Assembly (NCBI GenBank): GCA_002710785.1 | Contig: PAMC01000006.1 | Span: 1 to 33,320, forward strand | DNA: 33,320 bases | Direction: 5' to 3' | From: a bacterium | GTDB taxonomy: Bacteria > Patescibacteriota > Minisyncoccia > Phycocordibacterales > UBA918 | Part shown: positions 16,798-25,206 of the stretch, piece by piece | Numbering within the stretch: the stretch's first letter is position 1 | Layout: each line of letters starts with the position of its first letter | The notes under the pieces: model-generated | The model's database searches: none | Told to the model about the DNA's origin: nothing | What the model saw: only the letters and a program-made list of their open reading frames with translations | Made by a program: the position numbers and the translations under genes

Positions 16798-17022
16798 ATG
16801 GAAATTAAACAATTCAACGTTTGCCCCACAACTCTGGCTGTAAGATGTGTTGTAGGTACTAAGACGCTCGAAGGAACTCTCCGAAAGCGTCAACCAGCAC
16901 CAGACGGTTATATTCTGGTAATTGACCTGGGAAAAGAGTCGCCAAACCTAGTCCTGCATGAACCAGTTTGTCAAAAGGGTCGAGGGCACGTCACACATCA
17001 ACCGAATTTGGGCGCTCAGTAG
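16798..17022 (+). CDS. Possible small hypothetical protein (74 aa)
   Basis: ATG ORF after valS that ends in a hairpin plus T tract (17010-17038). Confidence 0.4.
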   Translation: MEIKQFNVCPTTLAVRCVVGTKTLEGTLRKRQPAPDGYILVIDLGKESPNLVLHEPVCQKGRGHVTHQPNLGAQ

Positions 17023-17224
17023 CGCGCCTTTTTCTTTTGCCCGGAGGCAGCCAACGGCCGTCTCCGGGCCTGGTAAAATAAAACGTAAATGGATCCCACC
17101 ACTACTTTGTTGCAGTGGGCACCATAGCACATATGAAACGTAGCATCTGGTCGAAACAAATTACCAATACTGGCGTAACGGCGCGCGCGTCAGCTTTGCT
17201 GGCAGCGACAAAGTAAGGGTCGGG

Positions 17225-17932
17225 ATGGAATCGACGAACTTTGCCATTGCTTTTGTGGCTGGACTGGTGCCGACGTTGTTCTGGCTCTGGTTTTGGTTGC
17301 GTGAAGATCGTGAGCGTCCCGAGCCGTGGGGGCTGATCATCCTGGCATTCTTAGCTGGTATGGCGGTGGTACCGATTGCGCTACCGCTGCAGCGTGTCGC
17401 ACTCGACCTCTACAGCGGCAACAACCTGGTGTTGGCATGGGTGGTCATTGAAGAGGTTCTTAAATACGTCGCAGCTTTAGCGGTTATTTTTTGGCATAAG
17501 GCAGTTAATGAGCCAATTGATCTCATTATTTACCTGATTGTCATTGCCCTTGGCTTCTCTGCGCTTGAGAACGCGCTCTTCATCTTTAATCCGCTCATGG
17601 CTGGGGAGATACAAGAAATGCTCTTAACCAGCAAGTTTCGCTTCTTAGGTGCAACTCTGCTCCACGTCTTGGCGTCAGCGAGCATTGGTGTGTGTTTAGC
17701 TTTAGTATACTACCGATCAAATATCATCAAGCTGGTAGCTGGTACCATGGGTACGGGCATCGCGATTGTGTTACACGCGCTCTTTAATTTTTTTGTCATG
17801 GACGCCAATGGCGAGAGCATCTTGGCAGTATTCTTGTTCGTTTGGTTTGGTATAATCGTCCTCTTTTTGTTGTTTGAGCGCATCAAAATCTTAGAAGCAC
17901 GGCACTACGCCGCTCCTCCACACCGGTACTAA
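17225..17932 (+). CDS. PrsW-family intramembrane metalloprotease
   Basis: D..RPEP, IEEVLK, GFSALEN, LLH and LHALFN motifs with multiple TM helices. Confidence 0.92.
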   Translation: MESTNFAIAFVAGLVPTLFWLWFWLREDRERPEPWGLIILAFLAGMAVVPIALPLQRVALDLYSGNNLVLAWVVIEEVLKYVAALAVIFWHKAVNEPIDLIIYLIVIALGFSALENALFIFNPLMAGEIQEMLLTSKFRFLGATLLHVLASASIGVCLALVYYRSNIIKLVAGTMGTGIAIVLHALFNFFVMDANGESILAVFLFVWFGIIVLFLLFERIKILEARHYAAPPHRY

Positions 17933-17993
17933 CTACTCATAGTTATTCGCATAAAATGGTCAGCTGATTGGCCACAAGTGGTATACTGCAAGT

Positions 17994-18509
17994 ATGAAAA
18001 AACCGACGTTTTTAGAGCGTTTAACTGGTTCGGTTAACGTTGACGCCTACGACGAGGTGCTCGATAGCGACGAGTACCACGAGGAGACGCCGCATGAAGA
18101 GAGCACTGAGGACTTTGCCGAAGATTCCGAATGGCACGGCAACCAAGGGCCAGACGACGGAGACCCTCAAGAGGGTGAGCTGCCGGTCGATATGTACCAA
18201 ACAGGTGACGATGTTGTCATTCGTGCCCTTATCGCCGGTGTGTCTCCTGAAGATTTGGATATTTCAATTACCCGCGACATGGTAACCATTAAAGGCGCAC
18301 GGGAAGAAATGCAAGAAGCAGCCGACAACGATTACTACCACCGGGAGCTTTTCTGGGGATCGTTCGCCCGCACGCTGCTGCTGCCCGAAGAAGTGCTGAT
18401 TGACGAAGCTGAAGCGCAAGAAAAACACGGCCTGCTCGAAATCCGCTTACCGAAAGTCGACAAGAACCGCAGTACTAAACTGGCGGTGAAAAGCCACGCC
18501 CACAAATAA
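17994..18509 (+). CDS. Hsp20/alpha-crystallin small heat shock protein
   Basis: LPVDMYQ, AGVSPEDLDISIT, ELFWGSFARTLLLP, HGLLEIRLPK, with an acidic N-terminus. Confidence 0.94.
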   Translation: MKKPTFLERLTGSVNVDAYDEVLDSDEYHEETPHEESTEDFAEDSEWHGNQGPDDGDPQEGELPVDMYQTGDDVVIRALIAGVSPEDLDISITRDMVTIKGAREEMQEAADNDYYHRELFWGSFARTLLLPEEVLIDEAEAQEKHGLLEIRLPKVDKNRSTKLAVKSHAHK

Positions 18510-18525
18510 AAAGTGATACTGCTTT

Positions 18526-19371
18526 CTAGGAGGCATTAAGTAACAGTCTGTACGCCGGCTCCTGCATAACGGCGTGGCCTGCACCGTACACCACAAGAAC
18601 TCGCTGACCCCTGAGCAACTCGTCAGAAATTCGCTTGATGATGTGTCGATCACGAAACGCTAAAGCTGTGCGGGTAATTTCGTTAAACACGGTTTGCTGC
18701 TCCCATCGGTTTGACCACGGAATTGGGTCGGTGTACTCAATTGCGCGATCAGCGTTATATAGATTTGGCTCTTGACTCAACACCGCGGCGGCGGTCTCGA
18801 GTGCTTGGTTGTAGGTAAAGGACACGTCACTCCAACTGGTCGCCTGCTCGAGGTATGAGAGAAACGGCGCTACGTACGCCACAAACGGCATGTTCTCTGC
18901 TCGGCGATGATACTGCCCCAGGAGGCGCAAGACATACCACGCGACGAGGGTCTCCCGGTCGTAGAAATGGAGCACCAGGTGACGCATCAACGCTGCGTCG
19001 CTCGGCTCAGGGCAAAACCACGGCACACCCTGCTCAAGCGCATGCTTAATGGTAAAAATCGATTCACCTCCCCGAGTAATGGCCTCTTGGCGGGTGAGTC
19101 CTGCAATAAAGCGCTCGGTGCCAGCAGCACCACTCATGCTCTGCACACCCTCTACCGCCACAACGTCTGGCTTAAAGCTATCAAAGTGTTCGGGAATAAT
19201 TGAAAACAGCTTGTCGTAAGGATCATTACTGTGCCGAGCACCTACAAACGTCAGAGCGTCTTCACCGCTACCGAGCGTGTAGAGATATGGAGTATCGTGT
19301 CGAGTTCGCGCATACTGCTCGGGAGTAAGTACAGCACTTAAAGCCCGCGCGACTCGCGTTTTCTTTCGCAT
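18526..19371 (-). CDS. Hypothetical protein, possibly TraB/TIKI/ChaN-like fold
   Basis: FVGARH, PDVVAVEG, RDRHI and VLVVYGAGH resemble TraB-superfamily metal-site motifs. Confidence 0.75.
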   Translation of the reverse strand: MRKKTRVARALSAVLTPEQYARTRHDTPYLYTLGSGEDALTFVGARHSNDPYDKLFSIIPEHFDSFKPDVVAVEGVQSMSGAAGTERFIAGLTRQEAITRGGESIFTIKHALEQGVPWFCPEPSDAALMRHLVLHFYDRETLVAWYVLRLLGQYHRRAENMPFVAYVAPFLSYLEQATSWSDVSFTYNQALETAAAVLSQEPNLYNADRAIEYTDPIPWSNRWEQQTVFNEITRTALAFRDRHIIKRISDELLRGQRVLVVYGAGHAVMQEPAYRLLLNAS

Positions 19372-19380
19372 ATAAAAATT

Positions 19381-19422
19381 ATACCCCGCACCTCTTCCCG
19401 TGTTCGAAGAGGTGCGGGGTAT
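19381..19422 (-). terminator. 17-bp perfect inverted repeat, likely a terminator that overlaps the -10 of the next gene
   Basis: ataccccgcacctcttc / gaagaggtgcggggtat. Confidence 0.7.
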
Positions 19423-19431
19423 TTGTGTTGA

Positions 19432-19608
19432 TTAGGCTGGTAATTCGTATACGGTCAGACCGATACGAATAGCCTTTTGTCCCACAAAGACTAAGCTGTC
19501 GACTACGGTACCGCTGGTGAAGTACTCAGCAATTTCATCAACCGTCTTACCTGCTCCGAAGAGCTGGCGAATGATCTCGTGTGGGCACGGGGTTTGTGCA
19601 TCAAACAT
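19432..19608 (-). CDS. Small hypothetical protein (58 aa, MFDAQTPCPH...)
   Basis: GGAG SD-like motif upstream of ATG 19608 and a terminator immediately after the stop. Confidence 0.5.
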   Translation of the reverse strand: MFDAQTPCPHEIIRQLFGAGKTVDEIAEYFTSGTVVDSLVFVGQKAIRIGLTVYELPA

Positions 19609-19643
19609 TTGTGGCACTCCATCAAAGAACAATCTTTCTGAGA

Positions 19644-19676
19644 CAAACAAAACGTCCGCCTCAGAAGGCGGACGTC
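19644..19676 (-). terminator. Intrinsic terminator in the leader of the 58-aa ORF
   Basis: 10-bp stem acgtccgcct/aggcggacgt followed on the minus strand by TTTGTTTG. Confidence 0.65.
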
Positions 19677-19893
19677 TTAGGAGTACACAAAACAACCACC
19701 TTCTAGTGCGGACTCGTGGTTGCGGAGCAGAACATGCTCCAGGTAGCGATGGTTCGCGTGTGTTTCATACTTTTAATGTAGCACAGCTGCTGTATAAAAA
19801 CATGTCTAATCAACACTTAATATTTACCGTGAATATGCTATGATGTCGGTCACTCGCTCAGGTAAGAAAAGTTTGTCGGAGCGATGTTCACCT

Positions 19894-19967
19894 GCTCAGG
19901 TAGCTCAGTTGGTTAGAGCACTGGTCTGAAGAACCAGGTGTCGGCAGTTCGAATCTGCCCCTGAGCA
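19894..19967 (+). tRNA. tRNA-Phe(GAA)
   Basis: GCTCAGG/CCTGAGC acceptor, CTGGT-CT-GAA-GA-ACCAG anticodon arm, GGCAG-TTCGAAT-CTGCC T-arm. Confidence 0.97.
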
Positions 19968-20004
19968 CAACATAAAACGCCCCGTTTGGGGCGTTTTATG
20001 TTGT
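19967..20004. terminator. Bidirectional terminator
   Basis: acaacataaaacgcccc-gttt-ggggcgttttatgttgt between convergent genes. Confidence 0.8.
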
Positions 20005-20008
20005 ACCT

Positions 20009-20314
20009 CTACTCCCCGGTGTGGGCCTTAAAGTTGTCGATAGCGGCGTTAAATTGTTTCCAGCCGGGAATTTCCTGGATACCGGTGCTGAAAACTTCGT
20101 ACGAGGAACCAAGCGCCGCAAAGTATGGCTCGAGGAAGTAAAAGTAAAGCGCAAATGGCAACCCGATTAAGAAGATGTACCAGAACAAGCGCAACCAAAA
20201 GCCAAACAACGCATTGCGGTGTATTTTTCGTAGCAGGCCATTATTTTCTTCGAGAAGTTTGCGATTCTCCTCCATCAGCTCTTTAATCTGGGAATGCTCG
20301 TAACTTGGTGGCAT
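20009..20314 (-). CDS. Small membrane protein (coiled coil plus TM helix)
   Basis: EENRKLLEENN coiled segment and a hydrophobic helix. Start set at ATG 20314 downstream of TACACT. Confidence 0.82.
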   Translation of the reverse strand: MPPSYEHSQIKELMEENRKLLEENNGLLRKIHRNALFGFWLRLFWYIFLIGLPFALYFYFLEPYFAALGSSYEVFSTGIQEIPGWKQFNAAIDNFKAHTGE

Positions 20315-20366
20315 ACGGTAAGTGTAGCACCCAAAATAACCAAATATGCTAGTATTGCCCAACGTT

Positions 20367-20441
20367 GCCCCTGTAGTTCAATGGATAGAACAGCGCACTC
20401 CTAACGCGCCGATCTAGGTTCGACTCCTGGTGGGGGCACCA
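20367..20441 (+). tRNA. tRNA-Arg(CCT), CCA encoded
   Basis: GCCCCTG/TGGGGGC acceptor, loop CT-CCT-AA, GGTTCGACTCC T-arm, ACCA end. Confidence 0.95.
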
Positions 20442-20475
20442 GAATAGAACTTTCGGGTTCTAAACCAACTTTGTT

Positions 20476-20500
20476 ATGGGCGGCGCTACGCGCCGCCCAT
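20476..20500. repeat. GC-rich REP-like hairpin downstream of tRNA-Arg
   Basis: atgggcggcg-ctacg-cgccgcccat. Confidence 0.6.
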
Positions 20501-20592
20501 GCGTCTGTTGGTCAGACTAAAAAATCTACAATCTTGGTGCAGAAATACTGACCTTTGCTCGAACCTATTTCGAGATGCGTTGTATAAAGACA

Positions 20593-20620
20593 CAAAAAAC
20601 CGCCGGTCGGCGGTTTTTTG
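20593..20620. terminator. Bidirectional terminator
   Basis: caaaaaaccgcc-ggtc-ggcggttttttg. Confidence 0.8.
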
Positions 20621-20637
20621 TTTTTGGTTGAAGAGCC

Positions 20638-20874
20638 TTACATGCCCAACAACTCCTTCACTTTCGCTTCGTCGTAGCCAACCACCACATCGTCACCAAT
20701 ACGAATGACGGGCACACCCATTTGGCCGGTCATCTCGATCATCTCTTGGCGCTTCTCGGCGTCGGTTGCAACGTCAATGTCGGTAAAAGCCACGTTATTC
20801 TCGGTAAAGAAGTCTTTGGCAGCGTGGCAGAAGTGGCACGCTGGCGTACTGTAAATCGTTACGGTTTTATCCAT
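20638..20874 (-). CDS. Glutaredoxin-like (NrdH/YruB-type) redoxin
   Basis: YSTPACHFC CxxC motif, TGQMGVPVI, VVGYD. Confidence 0.95.
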   Translation of the reverse strand: MDKTVTIYSTPACHFCHAAKDFFTENNVAFTDIDVATDAEKRQEMIEMTGQMGVPVIRIGDDVVVGYDEAKVKELLGM

Positions 20875-20936
20875 ACAAATATCTATACGTTATAAGCACA
20901 TACTATCATACGTACCGACGAGTGTAAGCTTTCACC

Positions 20937-21311
20937 TTAGCGCCAAAACTGCCACCATGGTGCACGGGCCGGGCTTGTAGTAGCGACGTTATTAGCTGGG
21001 ATAGGTCGCTCATCTTCAGTAATAATGACAACCGACTCCCCCTCGCGAGCAACGTCGAAATGTTTACGAATTTCGGCCTCGAGGCTACGCTCGTCTTTGA
21101 GGTACTCGACGTCTTCTTTGAGTGCGTGATATCGCTCAAGTAGCGCTTGATACTCGGCTTCGACCGCGGCTCGCCGGGATGCCATCTCACGCTCAACCTG
21201 CCAGCGCACAACTACGCTCCACCCAACCAGTACACAAAGCGCCACAATCAATAACAGTAGAGCGCGGTTTTTCCAGAGTTTTATTTGATACTGTCTGTAA
21301 CCTAAGGCCAT
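20937..21311 (-). CDS. Septum formation initiator (FtsB/DivIC-like)
   Basis: Single TM helix, coiled coil, E.EIRK.F.VAREGESVVII motif. Confidence 0.8.
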   Translation of the reverse strand: MALGYRQYQIKLWKNRALLLLIVALCVLVGWSVVVRWQVEREMASRRAAVEAEYQALLERYHALKEDVEYLKDERSLEAEIRKHFDVAREGESVVIITEDERPIPANNVATTSPARAPWWQFWR

Positions 21312-21469
21312 ATGCTATGATGTGTTTCTGTCAAAAGTAGCGTATCTGCACTCGCTTCGTATCTTTGCCTCAGTCACTGTATACAACATACGTTTCTGTC
21401 GGCAAAACTACTACTACGAGCACAGCTCCATCTACTTTGTTTGAAACCAATTGTAACACTTTAAAAGGT

Positions 21470-21586
21470 ATGTCATTTCTCTACGATAAACGAACCAAAA
21501 AAGCGATTAAATGGGTGTGGGCGGTAATTGCAATTTTGATTGCCCTCTCGATGATCTTCGCCTTCTCTGGTGGAATTGGGTACTAA
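21470..21586 (+). CDS. Small single-pass membrane peptide (38 aa)
   Basis: MSFLYDKRTKKAIKWVWAVIAILIALSMIF: basic N-terminus plus TM helix, with AAGG before the ATG. Confidence 0.65.
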   Translation: MSFLYDKRTKKAIKWVWAVIAILIALSMIFAFSGGIGY

Positions 21587-21596
21587 AGTAGTACTC

Positions 21597-21721
21597 AAGA
21601 CGACTAAAATTGCGGCAGATACGAGGAAAAACGGGGTTTACGAGTGGAGGTGTGCTTTGTTACACACTGACTGAGTAAACCGCTGTTTTGACAAAGTAGA
21701 TGACGTTATTTTAGTCGTCTT
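21597..21721. repeat. 125-bp rod-like inverted-repeat element (MITE-like or structured 3' UTR)
   Basis: Terminal 14-bp perfect IR aagacgactaaaat/attttagtcgtctt with nested ggtttac/gtaaacc and gtgt/acac stems. Confidence 0.6.
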
Positions 21722-23498
21722 TTATCATTTTCATAAAGACATCGGGTGGTATATGCACATTGCCCGTACCGCGCGCCAACATCTTCTGCTTCCCTTTCTT
21801 TTGGTTTTCTAAGAGCTTCCGTTTGCGGGTAATGTCGCCACCATAGAGTTTGGCCGTCACATCTTTGCGCATGGCCGAAAGCCTTTTGGTCGCTGTCATT
21901 TTGCCCATTAGTCGAGCTTGGATCTTTGTTGCAAATTGCTGGCGCGGCAGCGTGTTGTAGAGCTTCTCGGTAATAGCTTTGGCGTCGGTTTCTGCCCGGG
22001 CAATACCTACCACACGTGAAAACGCTGGCACCAGCTCTTCGGCAACCAAGATATCGAGCCGTGTGACGGAGGCTGGTCGCAGCTCGGCAATCTCGTAGGA
22101 TAAACTCGCGTAGCCACTACTCGCGTTTTTGAGTTTATCGAAGAACCCGCGCATCAGCTCGCGCAGCGGCATCTCAATTGCCAACAGGGTGCGACCGTCG
22201 CCAAACACCTCAGTGTCGATGACGTTACCCTCGTGCTCATAAAGGAGCGTCATAATATTGCCCATGTACTCGCCGGGCATAATGATCTGACCCAGAATCC
22301 ACGGTTCGCGAATGGTTACCCGCTCGCCATGATCGGGAAATCGCGAGGCTGCGTAGATGTGCTCGACTTTCCCATCAGGCCAGGTCACCTCGTAGGAAAT
22401 CGAGGGGCTGGTGATGATAATTTCAAGATTAAACTCACGGCGCAATCGCTCAGTCACAATCTCCATGTGCAGCATACCCAAAAAACCACAGCGAAAGCCA
22501 CGGCCGAGCACACCAGAAGACTCTTCTTCGTAGGAGAGCGACGAGTCGGAGAGGCGTAGCCGATCAAGCGCTTGGCGCAGTAGCGTGAAGTCGTCTTGGC
22601 TCTCAGGAAACACACTGGCCCACACCACTGGGGGTGCTTCTTGGTAGCCAGGCAGCGGATCAGCGGTTGCTTTCTCGGGCATGAGCGTGTCACCGACGTT
22701 AGCAACACCCGGCTCTTTAATGCCCGTCACGATGTAGCCGATCTCACCTGCGCTCAAGCCATCGGCTGGCTGCTCTTGGGGAGTTAAGATGCCAACCTCG
22801 AGCGCCACAAACTGCTTGCCACTATTAGCGAAGCGTAACGCATCGCCTTTCTTAACGCTGCCATCAAATACCCGCTGGTAGACGATAATGCCGCGGTGGT
22901 TGCTGTACTCAAAGTCGAAAATGAGGCCACGGTAGGTATCGTTAGCGGCTACCTGCGGCGCAGGGATGCGGGTGCAGATGGCGTCGAGCAGCTCCGCTAC
23001 GCCCTCTCCGGTTTTACCCGAGGCTGCTAAAATGTCTTCTCGAGCGCAGTCAATGAGCGCCATAATCTCTTCTGCAACTTCGTCCAATCGAGCGTGTGGC
23101 ACATCGATTTTTGTTAAGACAGGGATAATAGTCAGCCCCTGGTCTTTGGCCATCTGGAGCGTTGTGAGCGTTTGCGCTTGCACTCCCTGGGTACTGTCGA
23201 CCAAAAGTAGCACACCCTCCACAGCATTGAGCGCGCGGGACACTTCGTACGAAAAGTCGATGTGACCGGGAGTGTCGATGAGGTTTAAAATGTACGGTGT
23301 ACCGTTGTGGGTGTATGACATTCGTGCGGGCTGCATCTTGATGGTAATGCCCCGTTCGCGCTCGAGCTCCATCGAGTCGAGCACCTGCTCTTTCATCAGA
23401 CGAGCCTCCACCGTCTGGGTCAGCTCAAGCATGCGGTCGGCCAAGGTCGACTTACCGTGATCAATGTGCGCAATGATACTGAAGTTGCGAATTTGCAT
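21711..23498 (-). CDS. lepA: Translation elongation factor 4
   Basis: IRNFSIIAHIDHGKSTLADR, ERERGITIK, GFRCGFLGMLH, RKDVTAKLYGGDITRK. Confidence 0.99.
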   Translation of the reverse strand: MQIRNFSIIAHIDHGKSTLADRMLELTQTVEARLMKEQVLDSMELERERGITIKMQPARMSYTHNGTPYILNLIDTPGHIDFSYEVSRALNAVEGVLLLVDSTQGVQAQTLTTLQMAKDQGLTIIPVLTKIDVPHARLDEVAEEIMALIDCAREDILAASGKTGEGVAELLDAICTRIPAPQVAANDTYRGLIFDFEYSNHRGIIVYQRVFDGSVKKGDALRFANSGKQFVALEVGILTPQEQPADGLSAGEIGYIVTGIKEPGVANVGDTLMPEKATADPLPGYQEAPPVVWASVFPESQDDFTLLRQALDRLRLSDSSLSYEEESSGVLGRGFRCGFLGMLHMEIVTERLRREFNLEIIITSPSISYEVTWPDGKVEHIYAASRFPDHGERVTIREPWILGQIIMPGEYMGNIMTLLYEHEGNVIDTEVFGDGRTLLAIEMPLRELMRGFFDKLKNASSGYASLSYEIAELRPASVTRLDILVAEELVPAFSRVVGIARAETDAKAITEKLYNTLPRQQFATKIQARLMGKMTATKRLSAMRKDVTAKLYGGDITRKRKLLENQKKGKQKMLARGTGNVHIPPDVFMKMIKDD

Positions 23499-23529
23499 AC
23501 GATAGCGAGTACTCTACCCCATCGTCTCG

Positions 23530-25203
23530 TTAAAGTACATGTTTTTGTGTCGCCACAATGTCTGTCTTGAAAATACGTCGCGAGAGTGACGCAGTCGTCT
23601 CGCTAAGCTCAGCCGAACCAAGCAGCGCGTAGGTACCAACCACACCAGCACAGCCTAACAAGCCCGCCAGAAGCCCTTGCAGGAAGATGCCGAGGAAAGT
23701 ATCGACGTTGAGCCCAGCAACAAAAAAGTTAAGTGCGAGGTACGCCACGAGCGCGCCCACAAAGCCAGCCAAAAGTGCGTGGGCGGTTACCCGCAGTGGC
23801 TCACGCCACGCAATAGCGTAGCGGTAGTGTGCGACGAGCGCAAAACAAGCCAGCTGCAGCCAAATGCCAGCAGTGTACGCAACTGCCAAGACAACTACTT
23901 CGGTGCCTGCCACGTCGCTTACCCGCAGCGCGTCGGCCACCAACGTCTGAAAGGCGCTGTGCGCAAGGTATACCGAGTGAATCCACAGTGCCAAGGCTAC
24001 CGTAGCCAGGGTGGTGCCCAAACTCACCAAAAACGGCGTCTTTGTGTCCCCGCCAGCGTAGAGAGCTCGCAAGAGGAGTAAGTTTATGCCGTGAGCGACG
24101 AGCGAGATAATGAGGAGCGCGAATACGGCGGCGGTGAGCCGCGTGTCCTCCCAGTTAAAGGCGCCAGCACCCAAAATAACCCGAACCAGCTGAGCACGAA
24201 GTACAATACACAACGCAATAATCGGCACCAACCAGAAAATTATGTGCCGCAACGCAGTCACAATGTGCTGCTGAAACTGCTCGAGCTCATTGCCGGCGTA
24301 TAGTTTGGCTAGCGTCGGAAACGCCGCAACCGAGTAGCTCACACCAATGATCGCCAACGGTACCGACTGCAGGTTAAAAGCAAATTGAAAGACGGCTACT
24401 GAGCCTACTGCCATAGCACTGGCGAGACTAACCAGCACCAACAGCGTCACCTGATTAAGCGAAAGTGTAATCGCACGCGGTACCGAGGTGGTGAGCACGT
24501 CGTAGAGCTCCGACCAGTTAAAGTACCGCTGTGGGCGAAACGAGAGCGTGCTCCCCCGAATGAGCGGCCACTGCACCGCAACGTGCCCAAGCGCACCGAG
24601 CACAACACCAAACGCAACTCCCGACAAGCCCAAAAGCGGGTACAGTGCCACAATGCCAAAAATGATACCGATGTTATAGACCAGCGGGCTAATTGCGTGG
24701 AGCACAAACCGGTTGTGGTACTGGGTAACAACACCGCAGAGGCTTGAGAGACCGAGAAATACAGGCTGCAGCAGCAAGATGCGCATCACGGTGACGAGAA
24801 GCGATTGGTCAACAATGTGCGGAAAGAGCATCTGCATGAGCCACGGCGCGGCGAGCGCCACGACGGCAGCAAGGACAGTGTACGACGCCAGAAAAAGGGT
24901 CATAATTTGCCCTAAGAGTGCTCGAGCGCGGTTTGCGTCGGCGGTTGCTTGGTGGCGCGTTACAAACGGTAGGAGAACGTACACCGAGAGTGAGGATGCA
25001 AAGAGGACAAAGAGAAGGTCGGGCACACGAAACGCTGCGTAGTAGATGTCGAGCGTGGCACCCGCCCCAAACTCACTCGCCAAGATACGGTCGCGAATGA
25101 GTGCCAGGAGCTGCGAACCAACGGCAAATATAGCCAGCACGTACGCCGCTTGGTGCAACCCTGCAACTTCCTTATACACCAAGCCCAGTACGCGTCGTAC
25201 CAT
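23530..25203 (-). CDS. murJ: Lipid II flippase MurJ/MviN
   Basis: RDRILASEFGAG..LDIYYAAFRVPD, PLVYNIG, P.AIIGVS..VAAFP, YAGGDTKTP, many TM helices. Confidence 0.92.
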   Translation of the reverse strand: MVRRVLGLVYKEVAGLHQAAYVLAIFAVGSQLLALIRDRILASEFGAGATLDIYYAAFRVPDLLFVLFASSLSVYVLLPFVTRHQATADANRARALLGQIMTLFLASYTVLAAVVALAAPWLMQMLFPHIVDQSLLVTVMRILLLQPVFLGLSSLCGVVTQYHNRFVLHAISPLVYNIGIIFGIVALYPLLGLSGVAFGVVLGALGHVAVQWPLIRGSTLSFRPQRYFNWSELYDVLTTSVPRAITLSLNQVTLLVLVSLASAMAVGSVAVFQFAFNLQSVPLAIIGVSYSVAAFPTLAKLYAGNELEQFQQHIVTALRHIIFWLVPIIALCIVLRAQLVRVILGAGAFNWEDTRLTAAVFALLIISLVAHGINLLLLRALYAGGDTKTPFLVSLGTTLATVALALWIHSVYLAHSAFQTLVADALRVSDVAGTEVVVLAVAYTAGIWLQLACFALVAHYRYAIAWREPLRVTAHALLAGFVGALVAYLALNFFVAGLNVDTFLGIFLQGLLAGLLGCAGVVGTYALLGSAELSETTASLSRRIFKTDIVATQKHVL

Positions 25204-25206
25204 AGC

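Noticed and set aside
10454-16893. Antisense and alternate-frame ORFs over the repeat genes and valS (e.g. 10693-11205, 13666-14313, 14916-15689)
   Set aside because: Shadow ORFs produced by codon bias of the real genes.
19856-19864. GCTCAGGTA copy of the tRNA-Phe 5' end just upstream of the gene
   Set aside because: Only 9 nt, with no element or integrase associated. Compatible with chance.
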